A stretch of DNA of 64,000 nucleotides from Pseudomonadota bacterium (lineage in GTDB: Bacteria > Desulfobacterota > Desulfobacteria > Desulfobacterales > RPRI01): the NCBI GenBank assembly GCA_043825875.1, contig JBDRRF010000079.1, positions 64,001 to 128,000 of the forward strand. Direction: 5' to 3'. Positions 37,471 to 46,759 of this stretch are shown here, piece by piece. Within the stretch, counting starts at the first letter, position 1; each line of letters starts with the position of its first letter. The notes beneath the pieces were generated by a model. It was not told the DNA's origin. It made no database searches and saw nothing but the letters and a program-made list of their open reading frames with translations. A program made the position numbers and the translations under genes.

Positions 37471-37803
37471 TTACTTCGCTTTATAGCGATCAGACTCATT
37501 AAAAAAAGTAATGTCCGCATATCCGGCATAGATTTTTCCCGAATGTTTTGTATTTTCGGGAATGAAGTAAATATCACCCTTACTATACTCTCTTTTGACT
37601 CCATCTATTGTTAATTCAATTTTTCCGCTAAGAACGAATCCTACCTGGGCAGCATGAGAGTGCTCAGGTAGATTTGCATCTTTTTCAAACTGCATAAATA
37701 TCAACTGATGATTAGAAGCCTGCGATAAATACGCCTTGATACCATCGATTGGTATATCAGCTTCCGGTAAATTTATTATTGGTTCTGGAAATATGTTTTT
37801 CAT
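37471..37803 (-). CDS. Cupin domain protein (probable cassette gene)
   Basis: PEHSH…G.VLSG…GDIYFIP..TKH. Confidence 0.85.
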   Translation of the reverse strand: MKNIFPEPIINLPEADIPIDGIKAYLSQASNHQLIFMQFEKDANLPEHSHAAQVGFVLSGKIELTIDGVKREYSKGDIYFIPENTKHSGKIYAGYADITFFNESDRYKAK

Positions 37804-37815
37804 TTTAACCCTCTT

Positions 37816-37885
37816 TCACAACTTACCCTTCGCCTTTGCAAAGGAATGAAGTACGGGCTCCAATAGATGGAGTAGTTGGTTATCT
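37816..37885 (-). other. Degenerate attC site
   Basis: Minus strand AGATAAC just after the stop codon…GTTGTGA before the next RBS; stem decayed. Confidence 0.5.
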
Positions 37886-37894
37886 GACTTTTTA

Positions 37895-38499
37895 TTAGAA
37901 CCCGGACCGTTTGCCGGTCATACTTGTGACTTCAATTTTAATCACAGATGTTTTATCGATAGTACTATCTGTGAATTGGAATAAGTTTTCCGAATATTGG
38001 CTCATAATAATGTTTAATGCTTTTCTTTTCTGCTCGTGATTATCAATAATAAATGCTTTACCAAAGCCAATTACACTCTGATATTTCATGCCCCACTCGC
38101 AGGTATTTTTGCCTTTTACAACCTCAACATCTATATCAAATTCAAAACAAATATTATTATTTTTCCGAGCCAGTTTCAAAACGCCCCATTTTGGCCGATC
38201 TCTGCGTTGGGCTTAAATTTCAATCCTCGAAATACTCAATGTATTCCTGTGGTTGAAATTTTCTCCCGCCTTGAGCTTGACCAAACTGAAACGTTTTGAA
38301 AGTGGCTCTTCCGTAAAATATTTATTTTCTTTCCTTTCAAAGAACCATGGACATAAATCGTATTGTCCCGGTATCCAAAGCATAAGGGCACAATATACGG
38401 AATGTTATCATCGGCCAATCCAACACGACAAACAATCAATCTATGAATAACAGCTTCGATTTCCGATTTATCAGTAATTTCTTTTTCTTTTCTTCTCAT
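37895..38499 (-). pseudogene. Pyridoxamine 5'-phosphate oxidase/NimA-family gene interrupted by a MITE
   Basis: MRRKEKEI…PYIVPLCFGY…GKKINILR | KNNNICFEFD…YQSVIGFG; frame is restored by removing 38167-38308 plus one TTCC. Confidence 0.9.
38167..38308. mobile_element. MITE-like element family B, copy 1 (142 bp)
   Basis: TIR GAGCCAGTTTCAAAACG / CGTTTTGAAAGTGGCTC; TTCC target duplication. Confidence 0.92.
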
Positions 38500-38520
38500 G
38501 GTTTTTTGTTCTCATTTGGC

Positions 38521-38619
38521 AGATAATATGCGGCCTCCTTCAAAGGCACGTTAACTCCACATTGTGCTTGAGACATAGCGGCCCCGACCCTGCAAATCCG
38601 GTGGTTGGTGTGGTTATAG
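38521..38619 (-). other. Degenerate attC site
   Basis: Minus strand CTATAAC just after the lepB-like stop…ATTATCT; right arm decayed. Confidence 0.45.
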
Positions 38620-38622
38620 ATA

Positions 38623-39150
38623 TTATTCAATACTTCCGATTCTATTTATAGGCCAATACCTTTTTGTAACTTTAGCAATAATATTTTCTTTAGGTAAAAA
38701 ACCCCAATAACGACTATCTAATGATCTTGTGCTATTATCTCCCAAAACAAAATAATTGTTCTCTGGAACTAATATAGTCTTTCCGATAGCACCATATTCA
38801 CCTGCATTAGTATATGAAATATTTTTAATGTTATCTTGTTCAATTGCCTTTCCATCAATGAACACCGATCCATTCTTAATTTCAATGGTTTCACCACCTA
38901 AAGCTAAAATTCTTTTCACCCAATGCTTTTCAGGATCTTTGGGATAACGGAATACTATTATATCGCCTCTTTTGGGAATATTATCTTTATAATACATAAA
39001 ATCAGCTATTATGCGATCACCCTTATTTATTGTAGGTTGCATCGATGATGCGGCCATTTTATATGGCTTTACATTCAATGGATTATTGCATCCAATAATT
39101 GCCATTAAAACGATTGGTAATAAAACTAATTTAGCTGCTTTAAGATTCAT
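38623..39150 (-). CDS. lepB: Signal peptidase I (cassette-borne, lipobox-like N-terminus)
   Basis: SSMQPT (Ser), RGDIIVF, WVKRI (Lys), LGDN…SLDSRYWG. Confidence 0.88.
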   Translation of the reverse strand: MNLKAAKLVLLPIVLMAIIGCNNPLNVKPYKMAASSMQPTINKGDRIIADFMYYKDNIPKRGDIIVFRYPKDPEKHWVKRILALGGETIEIKNGSVFIDGKAIEQDNIKNISYTNAGEYGAIGKTILVPENNYFVLGDNSTRSLDSRYWGFLPKENIIAKVTKRYWPINRIGSIE

Positions 39151-39273
39151 AAGTAACGCTCAAAATCACCAGTGGCAAGGTTGAAACTGAATTTCGTGGT
39201 GCCAAACTCCGATAAAGGTGATGTACATGAAGGAAACCGGCTTATTGCCATCTGTTGCATTGTGTTGTTATCT
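39151..39273 (-). other. attC site (123 bp)
   Basis: Minus strand AGATAAC…CAACAGATGGCAA…TTGCCACTGGTG…GTTACTT. Confidence 0.78.
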
Positions 39274-39287
39274 GCCGTTTGGCAGTA

Positions 39288-39629
39288 TCATTCATTATTA
39301 ATTATACATGTCGAGCAGTGCGGACACTGTCTACTATTTATTACTTCAAGACCATATTTATATGACAATATTTTATTACATTTTGGACATTTTAATGTAC
39401 TAATCTTTTCATGAAATTTTGTAATAATTAGATAAACAGCAATTTCAGTACCAATGAAAATGCCCGTTTGATAACCTTGGAATATTTCACCTATAGAAGT
39501 TACAAAAAATAATATTGCTTGAAAAGCTAATATAGCAAGAAAAACTATTGTAATTAAAGTATGCCTTTTTTGAAATGAAACATATTTTTCTTTGAAAGAT
39601 TCAATGCTTTCGAATTTCAAAATTTCCAT
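39288..39629 (-). CDS. Cassette membrane protein with C-terminal zinc ribbon
   Basis: Two TM segments, CPKC…CPHC. Confidence 0.7.
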   Translation of the reverse strand: MEILKFESIESFKEKYVSFQKRHTLITIVFLAILAFQAILFFVTSIGEIFQGYQTGIFIGTEIAVYLIITKFHEKISTLKCPKCNKILSYKYGLEVINSRQCPHCSTCIINNE

Positions 39630-39641
39630 TCCTTATTTAGT

Positions 39642-39696
39642 TGATAATCAAGCTGTGGGGCGGCATGCTGTTTGCCGTCCACACGACATGTTCGGC
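39642..39696 (-). other. Short, partly degenerate attC site
   Basis: Minus strand GCCGAAC…GTGGACGGCA…TGCCGCCCCAC…ATTATCA. Confidence 0.65.
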
Positions 39697-39739
39697 GGTT
39701 CATAATCACCTTAATGTATCTGAGCTATTACACTTTGAA

Positions 39740-40597
39740 TCACTCAATATTGGTAAAGCCCGATGTTTGAACAACTATTGGGTTTAACCAAAGAGGGACT
39801 ACAGCTCTATTCTTTGCAAGTTTTTTCAGTGGAGACCAATCCCCATCAGATGGAACGGGTGCCAATGTTAGCGTGTCCCGATCAGGAATAAGAGCAACTA
39901 TACTCTCTTCCGGCTTCAAAAAACTGGGTAGAATAAGAATTCTTGATGCGTCATATGTATCCATGGTCTTGACTACGTTAATTGTATCATTAGATATCAT
40001 CTGGTGTATTGATTCTTCTGGAATAGTTTTTCTAAGATTATCTTTGGCAATTTCAAAGGCTTCTTCTTTAGTAAGCCCCATTTTTGTAAGTGACTCATCA
40101 TCAACATATGCGACACTATTTTCTCTATCAATTACGAGTACTGCATATAGCCCAGAAATACCGAATGAAATTGATGGGATTTTTGTTTTGTTTTGAGACA
40201 CGATATTATCGAGATCAGCCTCTTGCAATAACCGTGGACGCAATCGCTCAACAACCTGTTCTGGATCCAGTTCAATATCGATATTTTTTTCCTTATAAGT
40301 ATTTAGCAATATTTCATATTGTTTCTTCCGTTCTTCTTTATTATCTTCTTTTATTGTAGAAACTTGTTGTAAAAGGTTGTGAAGGAATAAGGTTGATTCA
40401 TCTCCAGTGGCATTATCTCGAATAAGTAACTCTCGTTCGCCCTGAACATCAATAGTTAATTCAGGTTCGTGTTCTTTGAAGAAATCGATAAGTTCCTGTC
40501 GGATCATCTTTCGATATGACTTTGCAGCTCTTGATAGAATGTAAATAATACCTGAGACAGCTAAAAGAATCCAACTCCACCATGGAAAATTCATCAC
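39740..40597 (-). CDS. Cassette hypothetical protein (DUF1444-like)
   Basis: N-terminal TM; A..NL, YDASRILIL, IPDRDTL pattern. Confidence 0.65.
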   Translation of the reverse strand: MMNFPWWSWILLAVSGIIYILSRAAKSYRKMIRQELIDFFKEHEPELTIDVQGERELLIRDNATGDESTLFLHNLLQQVSTIKEDNKEERKKQYEILLNTYKEKNIDIELDPEQVVERLRPRLLQEADLDNIVSQNKTKIPSISFGISGLYAVLVIDRENSVAYVDDESLTKMGLTKEEAFEIAKDNLRKTIPEESIHQMISNDTINVVKTMDTYDASRILILPSFLKPEESIVALIPDRDTLTLAPVPSDGDWSPLKKLAKNRAVVPLWLNPIVVQTSGFTNIE

Positions 40598-40629
40598 GAG
40601 TTCCTATTTTTATCTAAATCTGTTCATAT

Positions 40630-40756
40630 GCCGAACGCCTAAACTGTGCTGACATGAAGGGTAACAAGATGCTCTAAAGAAAAGAAATAACGCAAATCAA
40701 GGAATAGCTTGTAAAGTCGCACGCCCCTTCATGTCAGCACAGTTTCTTTGTTAGGT
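40630..40756 (-). other. attC site (127 bp) with perfect 21-bp stem
   Basis: Minus strand ACCTAAC…AAACTGTGCTGACATGAAGGG…CCCTTCATGTCAGCACAGTTT…GTTCGGC. Confidence 0.88.
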
Positions 40757-41358
40757 TTCCTTTTTACGTTTAATAGCAATATAATAAAAAAAATAATGGA
40801 TACGAAATTGATAGCGCAAGTTGATTCGCTGAACTTTATTCCTGCTGTAAAATTAATCAGATTACCAAAATAATACGTGAAATCCGGAGTGGAAATATTT
40901 ATAACACTTGCAGCTTGAGAGAGCATAGATAGATACACTCCAATCTTGAAATTCCTTACTAAAAGATAGCCTGAGCTAAAAATGATAAATGAGAGGATAA
41001 ATATGATTGCATTTAAAAATGTGAATTCATATGCAATCAGAATCCATGAAGTTATGCAGGCATAGACTACACCACTTACCACTTCAACATATCCTATAAA
41101 CCCAACTATTTTTTCATATCTTTCAAATTTTACGGTTAATAAAGAAACACTTTCAGACGGTTTTATATATTTTTTTAATAGATTCTCAGAAAAGTATAAA
41201 AACAGTGCAAATAATAAAATTACAATCGGTAAGAGGAAAAAAAATATCGCTACAATACCCTCCCACTTGGTTGGCCCAGCAATCAATCGCACGCTTGTTG
41301 CACAAACGATCGTTGTGAGAAATGCTGAAATACAGACTGACATAATATATCTACTCAA
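40729..41358 (-). CDS. Cassette multi-pass membrane protein
   Basis: AGGAG RBS, multiple TM segments; reads into the attC. Confidence 0.7.
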   Translation of the reverse strand: MSRYIMSVCISAFLTTIVCATSVRLIAGPTKWEGIVAIFFFLLPIVILLFALFLYFSENLLKKYIKPSESVSLLTVKFERYEKIVGFIGYVEVVSGVVYACITSWILIAYEFTFLNAIIFILSFIIFSSGYLLVRNFKIGVYLSMLSQAASVINISTPDFTYYFGNLINFTAGIKFSESTCAINFVSIIFFIILLLNVKRKPNKETVLT

Positions 41359-41381
41359 CCTATTCTCCTGATTTTACGCAA

Positions 41382-41410
41382 ACCTAACCATTGATTACCA
41401 GGTCAATTTG
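41382..41410 (-). other. Putative attI-like site of second array (core GTTAGGT 41388-41382)
   Basis: GACCTGGTAATCAATG-GTTAGGT resembles GATCTGGTGAATAACTT-GTTAGGT at the first integron; complementary to ACCTAAC of the next attC. Confidence 0.6.
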
Positions 41411-41690
41411 CCCTGACATTAAGATATTGACGGGGTTTTCGGGCTCTTTCTCCCTATGCTAATATAAATCTTTGTTTTAAAATAATTTGCAAATAAATAC
41501 TTAAAAACACGAAACAGAAATAAGATACTAAAATCATTGAATAGGCTTGAAATAAAACATTTTATTGTGAATATGTCAATACGAAAAGGATACAAGGTTA
41601 ATGGATAAAAATCAGGATATTAATCACTTATTGCGACCTGAAAGAATCTGGCAGATAGGAAACACGAGATTGAGTTGTTTAGATATGTTT

Positions 41691-42005
41691 CTATCTACTT
41701 GCATTCAATGATTGAGTAGGAACCGGTTTTACTAGTTGCCAGGAACCGGAGGTATTTTCTGCCTGCCATAAGTCATAATTTTTTTGCAGGTTCATCCACA
41801 AGACGGGTGAAGTATCAAAAGCACGCGATAGACGAAGAGCCATGTCAGGAGTTATCGCCCCTCTCTCATTTATGATTTTAGATAATGTCTTTCTTGATAC
41901 ACCAAGAATCGAAGCCAATTCAGTAACAGTGATGGAAAGCGTAACTAAATAGTCTTCTTTAATAATTTTGCCTGGGTGTGTTGGCTGTCTGGTCATTTTT
42001 TTCAT
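41691..42005 (-). CDS. higA: HigA family antitoxin
   Basis: PTHPGKII.EDYL, HTH, ITPDMALRLSRAF, WMNLQ..YDL. Confidence 0.92.
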   Translation of the reverse strand: MKKMTRQPTHPGKIIKEDYLVTLSITVTELASILGVSRKTLSKIINERGAITPDMALRLSRAFDTSPVLWMNLQKNYDLWQAENTSGSWQLVKPVPTQSLNASR

Positions 42006-42018
42006 GTTACTCACCTTA

Positions 42019-42297
42019 TTAATGGTAATCCCCATAATCTACTATGTAAGCATCGCCGTCAACAAATTCAAAGAATATTCTCCAGTTGCCGGACACCTTC
42101 ACAGCATATTGCCCTTTTTTCTCTCCTGTTAATTTGTGAAGGTTTGATCCCGGATAATTCATATCTCGTATTTCGTTAGACGCATTCAGACGGTCAAGAA
42201 TTATCTCCAGCCTGGTAGCTTGTTCAGGCTTTATGCCTTTCTTATTTCCGGAATAGAAAAAATCTTCAAGGCCTTTGTGTTTGAATGATTTAATCAT
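42019..42297 (-). CDS. higB: HigB/RelE-family toxin (plasmid killer type)
   Basis: MIKSFKHKGL, LHKLTG, VSGNWRI.F.F, DYGDYH. Confidence 0.92.
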   Translation of the reverse strand: MIKSFKHKGLEDFFYSGNKKGIKPEQATRLEIILDRLNASNEIRDMNYPGSNLHKLTGEKKGQYAVKVSGNWRIFFEFVDGDAYIVDYGDYH

Positions 42298-42422
42298 GCG
42301 CTGACCGTAACCTCAAGGGTTCCATTTGTCAAGCTATTTTTTGGCTCCATTGGTTGTATTATTGCCTTCTTGATAATCAGTGCTTATTATAAAAATATAA
42401 TACAAAAAAGGGGGTTTCGACT

Positions 42423-43532
42423 ATGAAAATCTTCATGGTAATTATTTTTTCTTTTTTAGCTATTACCGGATACATTTTATTTAACGGCGACCAAAGCAAG
42501 GCTGGTGACAAAATGACAAAAGAAAATAAAAATATCGAAATGGCTACTTTTGCAGGCGGATGTTTCTGGTGTTCGGAAGCAGACTTTGAAAAAGTTAAAG
42601 GCGTAACAAAAGTTATCTCCGGTTACACAGGGGGTAAAGAAGAAAATCCGACTTATGAACAAGTATGCAGCGGGACAACAGGGCATCTGGAAGCAGCACA
42701 GGTTTTTTATGACCCTTCGGTAGTTACTTACAAAGAACTTTTACAGGTTTTCTGGCGACATATCAATCCAACTGATGCAGGCGGCCAGTTTGCCGACCGC
42801 GGAAGACAATATAAGTCTGCAATTTTTTATCATAATGAAAAACAAAAAGAACTGGCTCAGGTTTCCAAAGAAGAACTGGATAAATCCGGAAAGTATGCAA
42901 AACCTGTTGTAACAAAGATTATACCCTTTACAAAGTTTTATAATGCAGAAGATTATCATCAGGAGTATTACAAGAAAAACCCTTCTCATTATAAAGCTTA
43001 CCGGAAAGGATCGGGCAGAGACTGGTTTATAAACGAAGTATGGGGGGAAAATGAGGGCGGCAAATTTTGTCCTTTGCCGGCATTGAAAAAAGCTAAATCT
43101 GATTTTGAAGCCAATAAAAAAAAGCTTACTCCTTTGCAATATAAAGTAACACAGGAAGAAGGCACGGAACCTCCTTTTAAAAATGAATACTGGGACAATA
43201 AAAAAGAAGGAATATATGTTGATATAGTATCGGGAGAACCATTGTTTAGCTCAAAGGATAAGTATAAATCGGGAACCGGATGGCCAAGCTTTACAAAGCC
43301 TCTTGAGCCGAATAATATTGTTGAAAAAGAAGATGTAAGCTTTTTTTCCTTACGTACCGAAGTAAGAAGTAAAGAGGGCAATTCCCATCTGGGACATGTA
43401 TTTCCTGACGGGCCACAGCCAACCGGCAACAGATACTGCATGAACTCAGCAGCATTAAGATTTATTCCTAAAGAAGATCTTGAAAAGGAAGGTTATTGTG
43501 AATATATGAAGTTATTTGAAGATACAAAATAA
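42423..43532 (+). CDS. msrAB: Peptide methionine sulfoxide reductase MsrA/MsrB fusion with signal sequence
   Basis: [43 protein letters not shown]. Confidence 0.95.
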   Translation: MKIFMVIIFSFLAITGYILFNGDQSKAGDKMTKENKNIEMATFAGGCFWCSEADFEKVKGVTKVISGYTGGKEENPTYEQVCSGTTGHLEAAQVFYDPSVVTYKELLQVFWRHINPTDAGGQFADRGRQYKSAIFYHNEKQKELAQVSKEELDKSGKYAKPVVTKIIPFTKFYNAEDYHQEYYKKNPSHYKAYRKGSGRDWFINEVWGENEGGKFCPLPALKKAKSDFEANKKKLTPLQYKVTQEEGTEPPFKNEYWDNKKEGIYVDIVSGEPLFSSKDKYKSGTGWPSFTKPLEPNNIVEKEDVSFFSLRTEVRSKEGNSHLGHVFPDGPQPTGNRYCMNSAALRFIPKEDLEKEGYCEYMKLFEDTK

Positions 43533-43558
43533 TAAGCCGGAAGCCTTTGAGATAGAAC

Positions 43559-45754
43559 TTAATTTGTTAAACTTTCCTTGATTGTCGATCCTAGCTTTTC
43601 AAGCATATAGGGCTTCTGTATATAAGCGCTTACACCCAGTTTTTTAGCCTTGCAAACTCGATCAGTCTCTGATAAACCACTGACTATTATAGCTTTTTGT
43701 TTTGTACGGATGTTAAGAATATTCTTGTATGTATCCAGTCCGTCCATGCCTGGATTCATGATCATATCAAGTAATATCAGGTCTGCTTTTTCTCCTCTTT
43801 TCAGATATCCTACCGCTTCTTCGCCGCTTGGAAAAGTCATTACATTATAATTAAGGCTGGCAAGCATGCTGGCGGCCATCTCACGCTGTTCCTTAATGTC
43901 ATCAACTACTATTATTGACTCCCCATGACCCATATATTCGGATACAGATATGGATGTAGTCTCGCTGCTTATCTCCTTTTGTGTTGACGGGAAATAAAGG
44001 TTAAAAGTTGTACCTTTATTTAAATCGCTTTTAATATCAATATGCCCGTTGTAATCCTTTATAGTCCCCCAGACAACGGAAAGCCCTAATCCGGTTCCGC
44101 TTTTCCCCATAATTTTTTTCGTATAAAAAGGTTCGAAAATATGTTTTAAATCCCCATTCGATATACCTTCGCCAGTATCTGAAATAGAAACAATCACATA
44201 ATCCCCCACACTAATTTCCTCATATCCTTGTATCGAGCTTTCTACACATTTATAGTCCGTTTTGATAGTCAAAGTTCCACCCTTTGGCATGGCTTCGGCG
44301 GCATTGGAAACAAGATTCATAATCGTCTTACCAAAATGAACGGGAGACCCTAAAACATTTGGCAAATCCGGTTTGAGTTGAGTATTTACCAGGATGTTGG
44401 GGTTAAAGGACAACAATTTCTGGTATTCAGGTGTGCTCTGATATTCCATTATTGCAGTATTGAGATTTAATACTTTTTCAGTATGAACTCCCCTTCTTGC
44501 CAAAGTTAGCATATCATAAACAATAGCAGCAGCCCTTTCACCGCTTTTAATAATAGTCATAAGCCGGGATTTTATATCGTCTGATGCATCTATCTCTTTA
44601 TATGTAAGAAGCAATTCCGCATATCCTATCACAACTCCGATAACATTATTAAGATCATGAGCAACTCCGCCTGCCAATATGCCTATAGCTTCCATTTTTT
44701 CCGCACGCTGCAGCTTTGTTTCCAATTCCCGGCGCTTTTCTTCTAACCGCCTGCGTACTGTCATATCCCTCACTATATATGTTACTATCAAGGAGCCTTC
44801 TCTTTTATATGCAGATACTGTAAGTTCAAGAGGCACAAATATACCTTCTTTGGTCCGTCCTTCAAGGGAAACGGTATTTCCTGTATATTTTGATAAATCA
44901 GATAAAACAGAATCTATATCCTGGTTAAAAATACTTATATGTTCATCAAAATATTTCTCAGGAACAATAATATTAGAAGACTTGCCTATAATTTCTTCTT
45001 GTTTATAACCAAATATTCTTGAAGCGGCACTGTTCCATTGAATTATTTCCGTTTTACCATTTGTTGTTATTATAGCATCCGTAGATGTCTCAACCAGCGC
45101 ACGATATTGTTCTTCACTTCTTCGCAACGCTTCATGCGTCAATTTATGCTTTTTCACTTCCGCCAGCAGAGTTTTATTAGTTTTTCTTAGTTCAGCAGTA
45201 CGTTCTTCTACTGTTTTTTCCATTTTAATATAGGATTGTTTAAGCGCCTTTTCTATACGGGATATTGCCCGTATCGGCATAATTCGCAATGCTATAAATG
45301 CCCCAAGGCCAAAGGGTATTATCAACAAAGCTATTAAACCGGCATTGTTTATAACAGGTCGCAGTGATCGATAAACCTTTATTTTGCCCGCAACAAGACC
45401 TGAGTCCATGATATCATATGACCTCATAATAACAGGAGAAACTAAATCACCAACACTCTCTGCAACAATCTCATTTTTATTATTTGTTATTTTTCGTATT
45501 TCCTGAATTCCATTTTTTGGACGTATAGACAGGCATTCATACAATCTGGCTTTTTCGAATTGCCAGTATTCCGGATTTGCATTTATTATTTTTTGGGCTA
45601 TGTTTGCATTAAGCTCTGCATCGATTTTAAGAGCAGATGACATGTCAAGATAAGAAATATAAAAATATCCAAGGGGAAATATAATTACAAGTAATGAGGT
45701 AACAATTACTGTCAAACAGGTAATAACTAAGGTTACATTCTTTTTGGGTAGCAT
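43559..45754 (-). CDS. Hybrid sensor histidine kinase (PAS, HisKA, HATPase, REC)
   Basis: GGVAHDLNN, NLVSNA, DTGEG, FEPFYTKK, GTGLGL, VVDD…LLDMIM. Confidence 0.93.
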   Translation of the reverse strand: MLPKKNVTLVITCLTVIVTSLLVIIFPLGYFYISYLDMSSALKIDAELNANIAQKIINANPEYWQFEKARLYECLSIRPKNGIQEIRKITNNKNEIVAESVGDLVSPVIMRSYDIMDSGLVAGKIKVYRSLRPVINNAGLIALLIIPFGLGAFIALRIMPIRAISRIEKALKQSYIKMEKTVEERTAELRKTNKTLLAEVKKHKLTHEALRRSEEQYRALVETSTDAIITTNGKTEIIQWNSAASRIFGYKQEEIIGKSSNIIVPEKYFDEHISIFNQDIDSVLSDLSKYTGNTVSLEGRTKEGIFVPLELTVSAYKREGSLIVTYIVRDMTVRRRLEEKRRELETKLQRAEKMEAIGILAGGVAHDLNNVIGVVIGYAELLLTYKEIDASDDIKSRLMTIIKSGERAAAIVYDMLTLARRGVHTEKVLNLNTAIMEYQSTPEYQKLLSFNPNILVNTQLKPDLPNVLGSPVHFGKTIMNLVSNAAEAMPKGGTLTIKTDYKCVESSIQGYEEISVGDYVIVSISDTGEGISNGDLKHIFEPFYTKKIMGKSGTGLGLSVVWGTIKDYNGHIDIKSDLNKGTTFNLYFPSTQKEISSETTSISVSEYMGHGESIIVVDDIKEQREMAASMLASLNYNVMTFPSGEEAVGYLKRGEKADLILLDMIMNPGMDGLDTYKNILNIRTKQKAIIVSGLSETDRVCKAKKLGVSAYIQKPYMLEKLGSTIKESLTN

Positions 45755-45770
45755 ATACCACCTCTTTATT

Positions 45771-46607
45771 TTATTTTAGAATAACCAAATTCCCCGTATC
45801 TTCCAGTATATCCTTGCCTTGCTGTGTTTTCATAAAATTTATAAATTTATGTACAGAAACAGAGCTGTCTTTATTTATTACAATCGAAAGCTGTTTTGAT
45901 AAATTATAGGACCCATTTGTGAGGTTTTCAGTATTAGGCGTTACATCATTAAAGGAGAGTATTTTGATTCCCGAACGTTTTTCGGCTATAAACTGAGTTA
46001 AAGTAAACGTTCCGAATGCTCCTGGAATACTTTCGATTTTATCAGCGTTTTCCTGGTCGGTAAGAGCTACCTGCATTCCTAAGCTGGATTTAGAAATATC
46101 AACGGCATTATTTACTTCGGAAGATATTTTGCGTAATATAAGCGTGTCGGCCTCTTCGTTTGGGCGAAGTATAAGGCGGATACGTCTTCCATCAAACCAA
46201 TGTTGTTTTTCACCTTTGTATATTTTTATAATTTCGCTGGTATCAGTATCCGATATACTTACATCTTTATTTGCAACAAAAATAAAAGGTGTTTTTGCAT
46301 ATTCAATAACCGTTAAACCAAGATTTTTTTCATTTTCTTTTAAGGGCCTGCCACAAAGCCCGATATCTATTGCGCGGCTTGATATGGCTCTTATGGCTCC
46401 ATCGCTTCCTATACTCGGCAATACGATAACTTTTATATCAGGATATGCTTTCTCAAAATCTTTCGATATTATTTTTATTGCTCCAAGAGCACAGCCGGTA
46501 CCTCCGATTTTTATAGTATGCTGTGCGAAAGCAGGTGATGGTAAAATGAAACTATATATTGCAATTATAAGCAGAATCTTTGAGAGTATCTTTTGATATT
46601 TCTTCAA
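45771..46607 (-). CDS. PstS-like periplasmic substrate-binding protein
   Basis: Signal peptide, IGGTG, SIGSDGAI, IDIG…RPL. Confidence 0.75.
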   Translation of the reverse strand: MKKYQKILSKILLIIAIYSFILPSPAFAQHTIKIGGTGCALGAIKIISKDFEKAYPDIKVIVLPSIGSDGAIRAISSRAIDIGLCGRPLKENEKNLGLTVIEYAKTPFIFVANKDVSISDTDTSEIIKIYKGEKQHWFDGRRIRLILRPNEEADTLILRKISSEVNNAVDISKSSLGMQVALTDQENADKIESIPGAFGTFTLTQFIAEKRSGIKILSFNDVTPNTENLTNGSYNLSKQLSIVINKDSSVSVHKFINFMKTQQGKDILEDTGNLVILK

Positions 46608-46759
46608 ACCCGCAACAGTCCCCTTTTTATCCTAATCAAAATACAGGTCATGAAAGATAAACAGGCAGAAAATCCCTATCAGTTACTTGATGGAAACGCT
46701 TATTACTATATCGGCACAAAAAAGTAAAGTATTAACTTTCTTTTTAAAAACTTTTTTTT

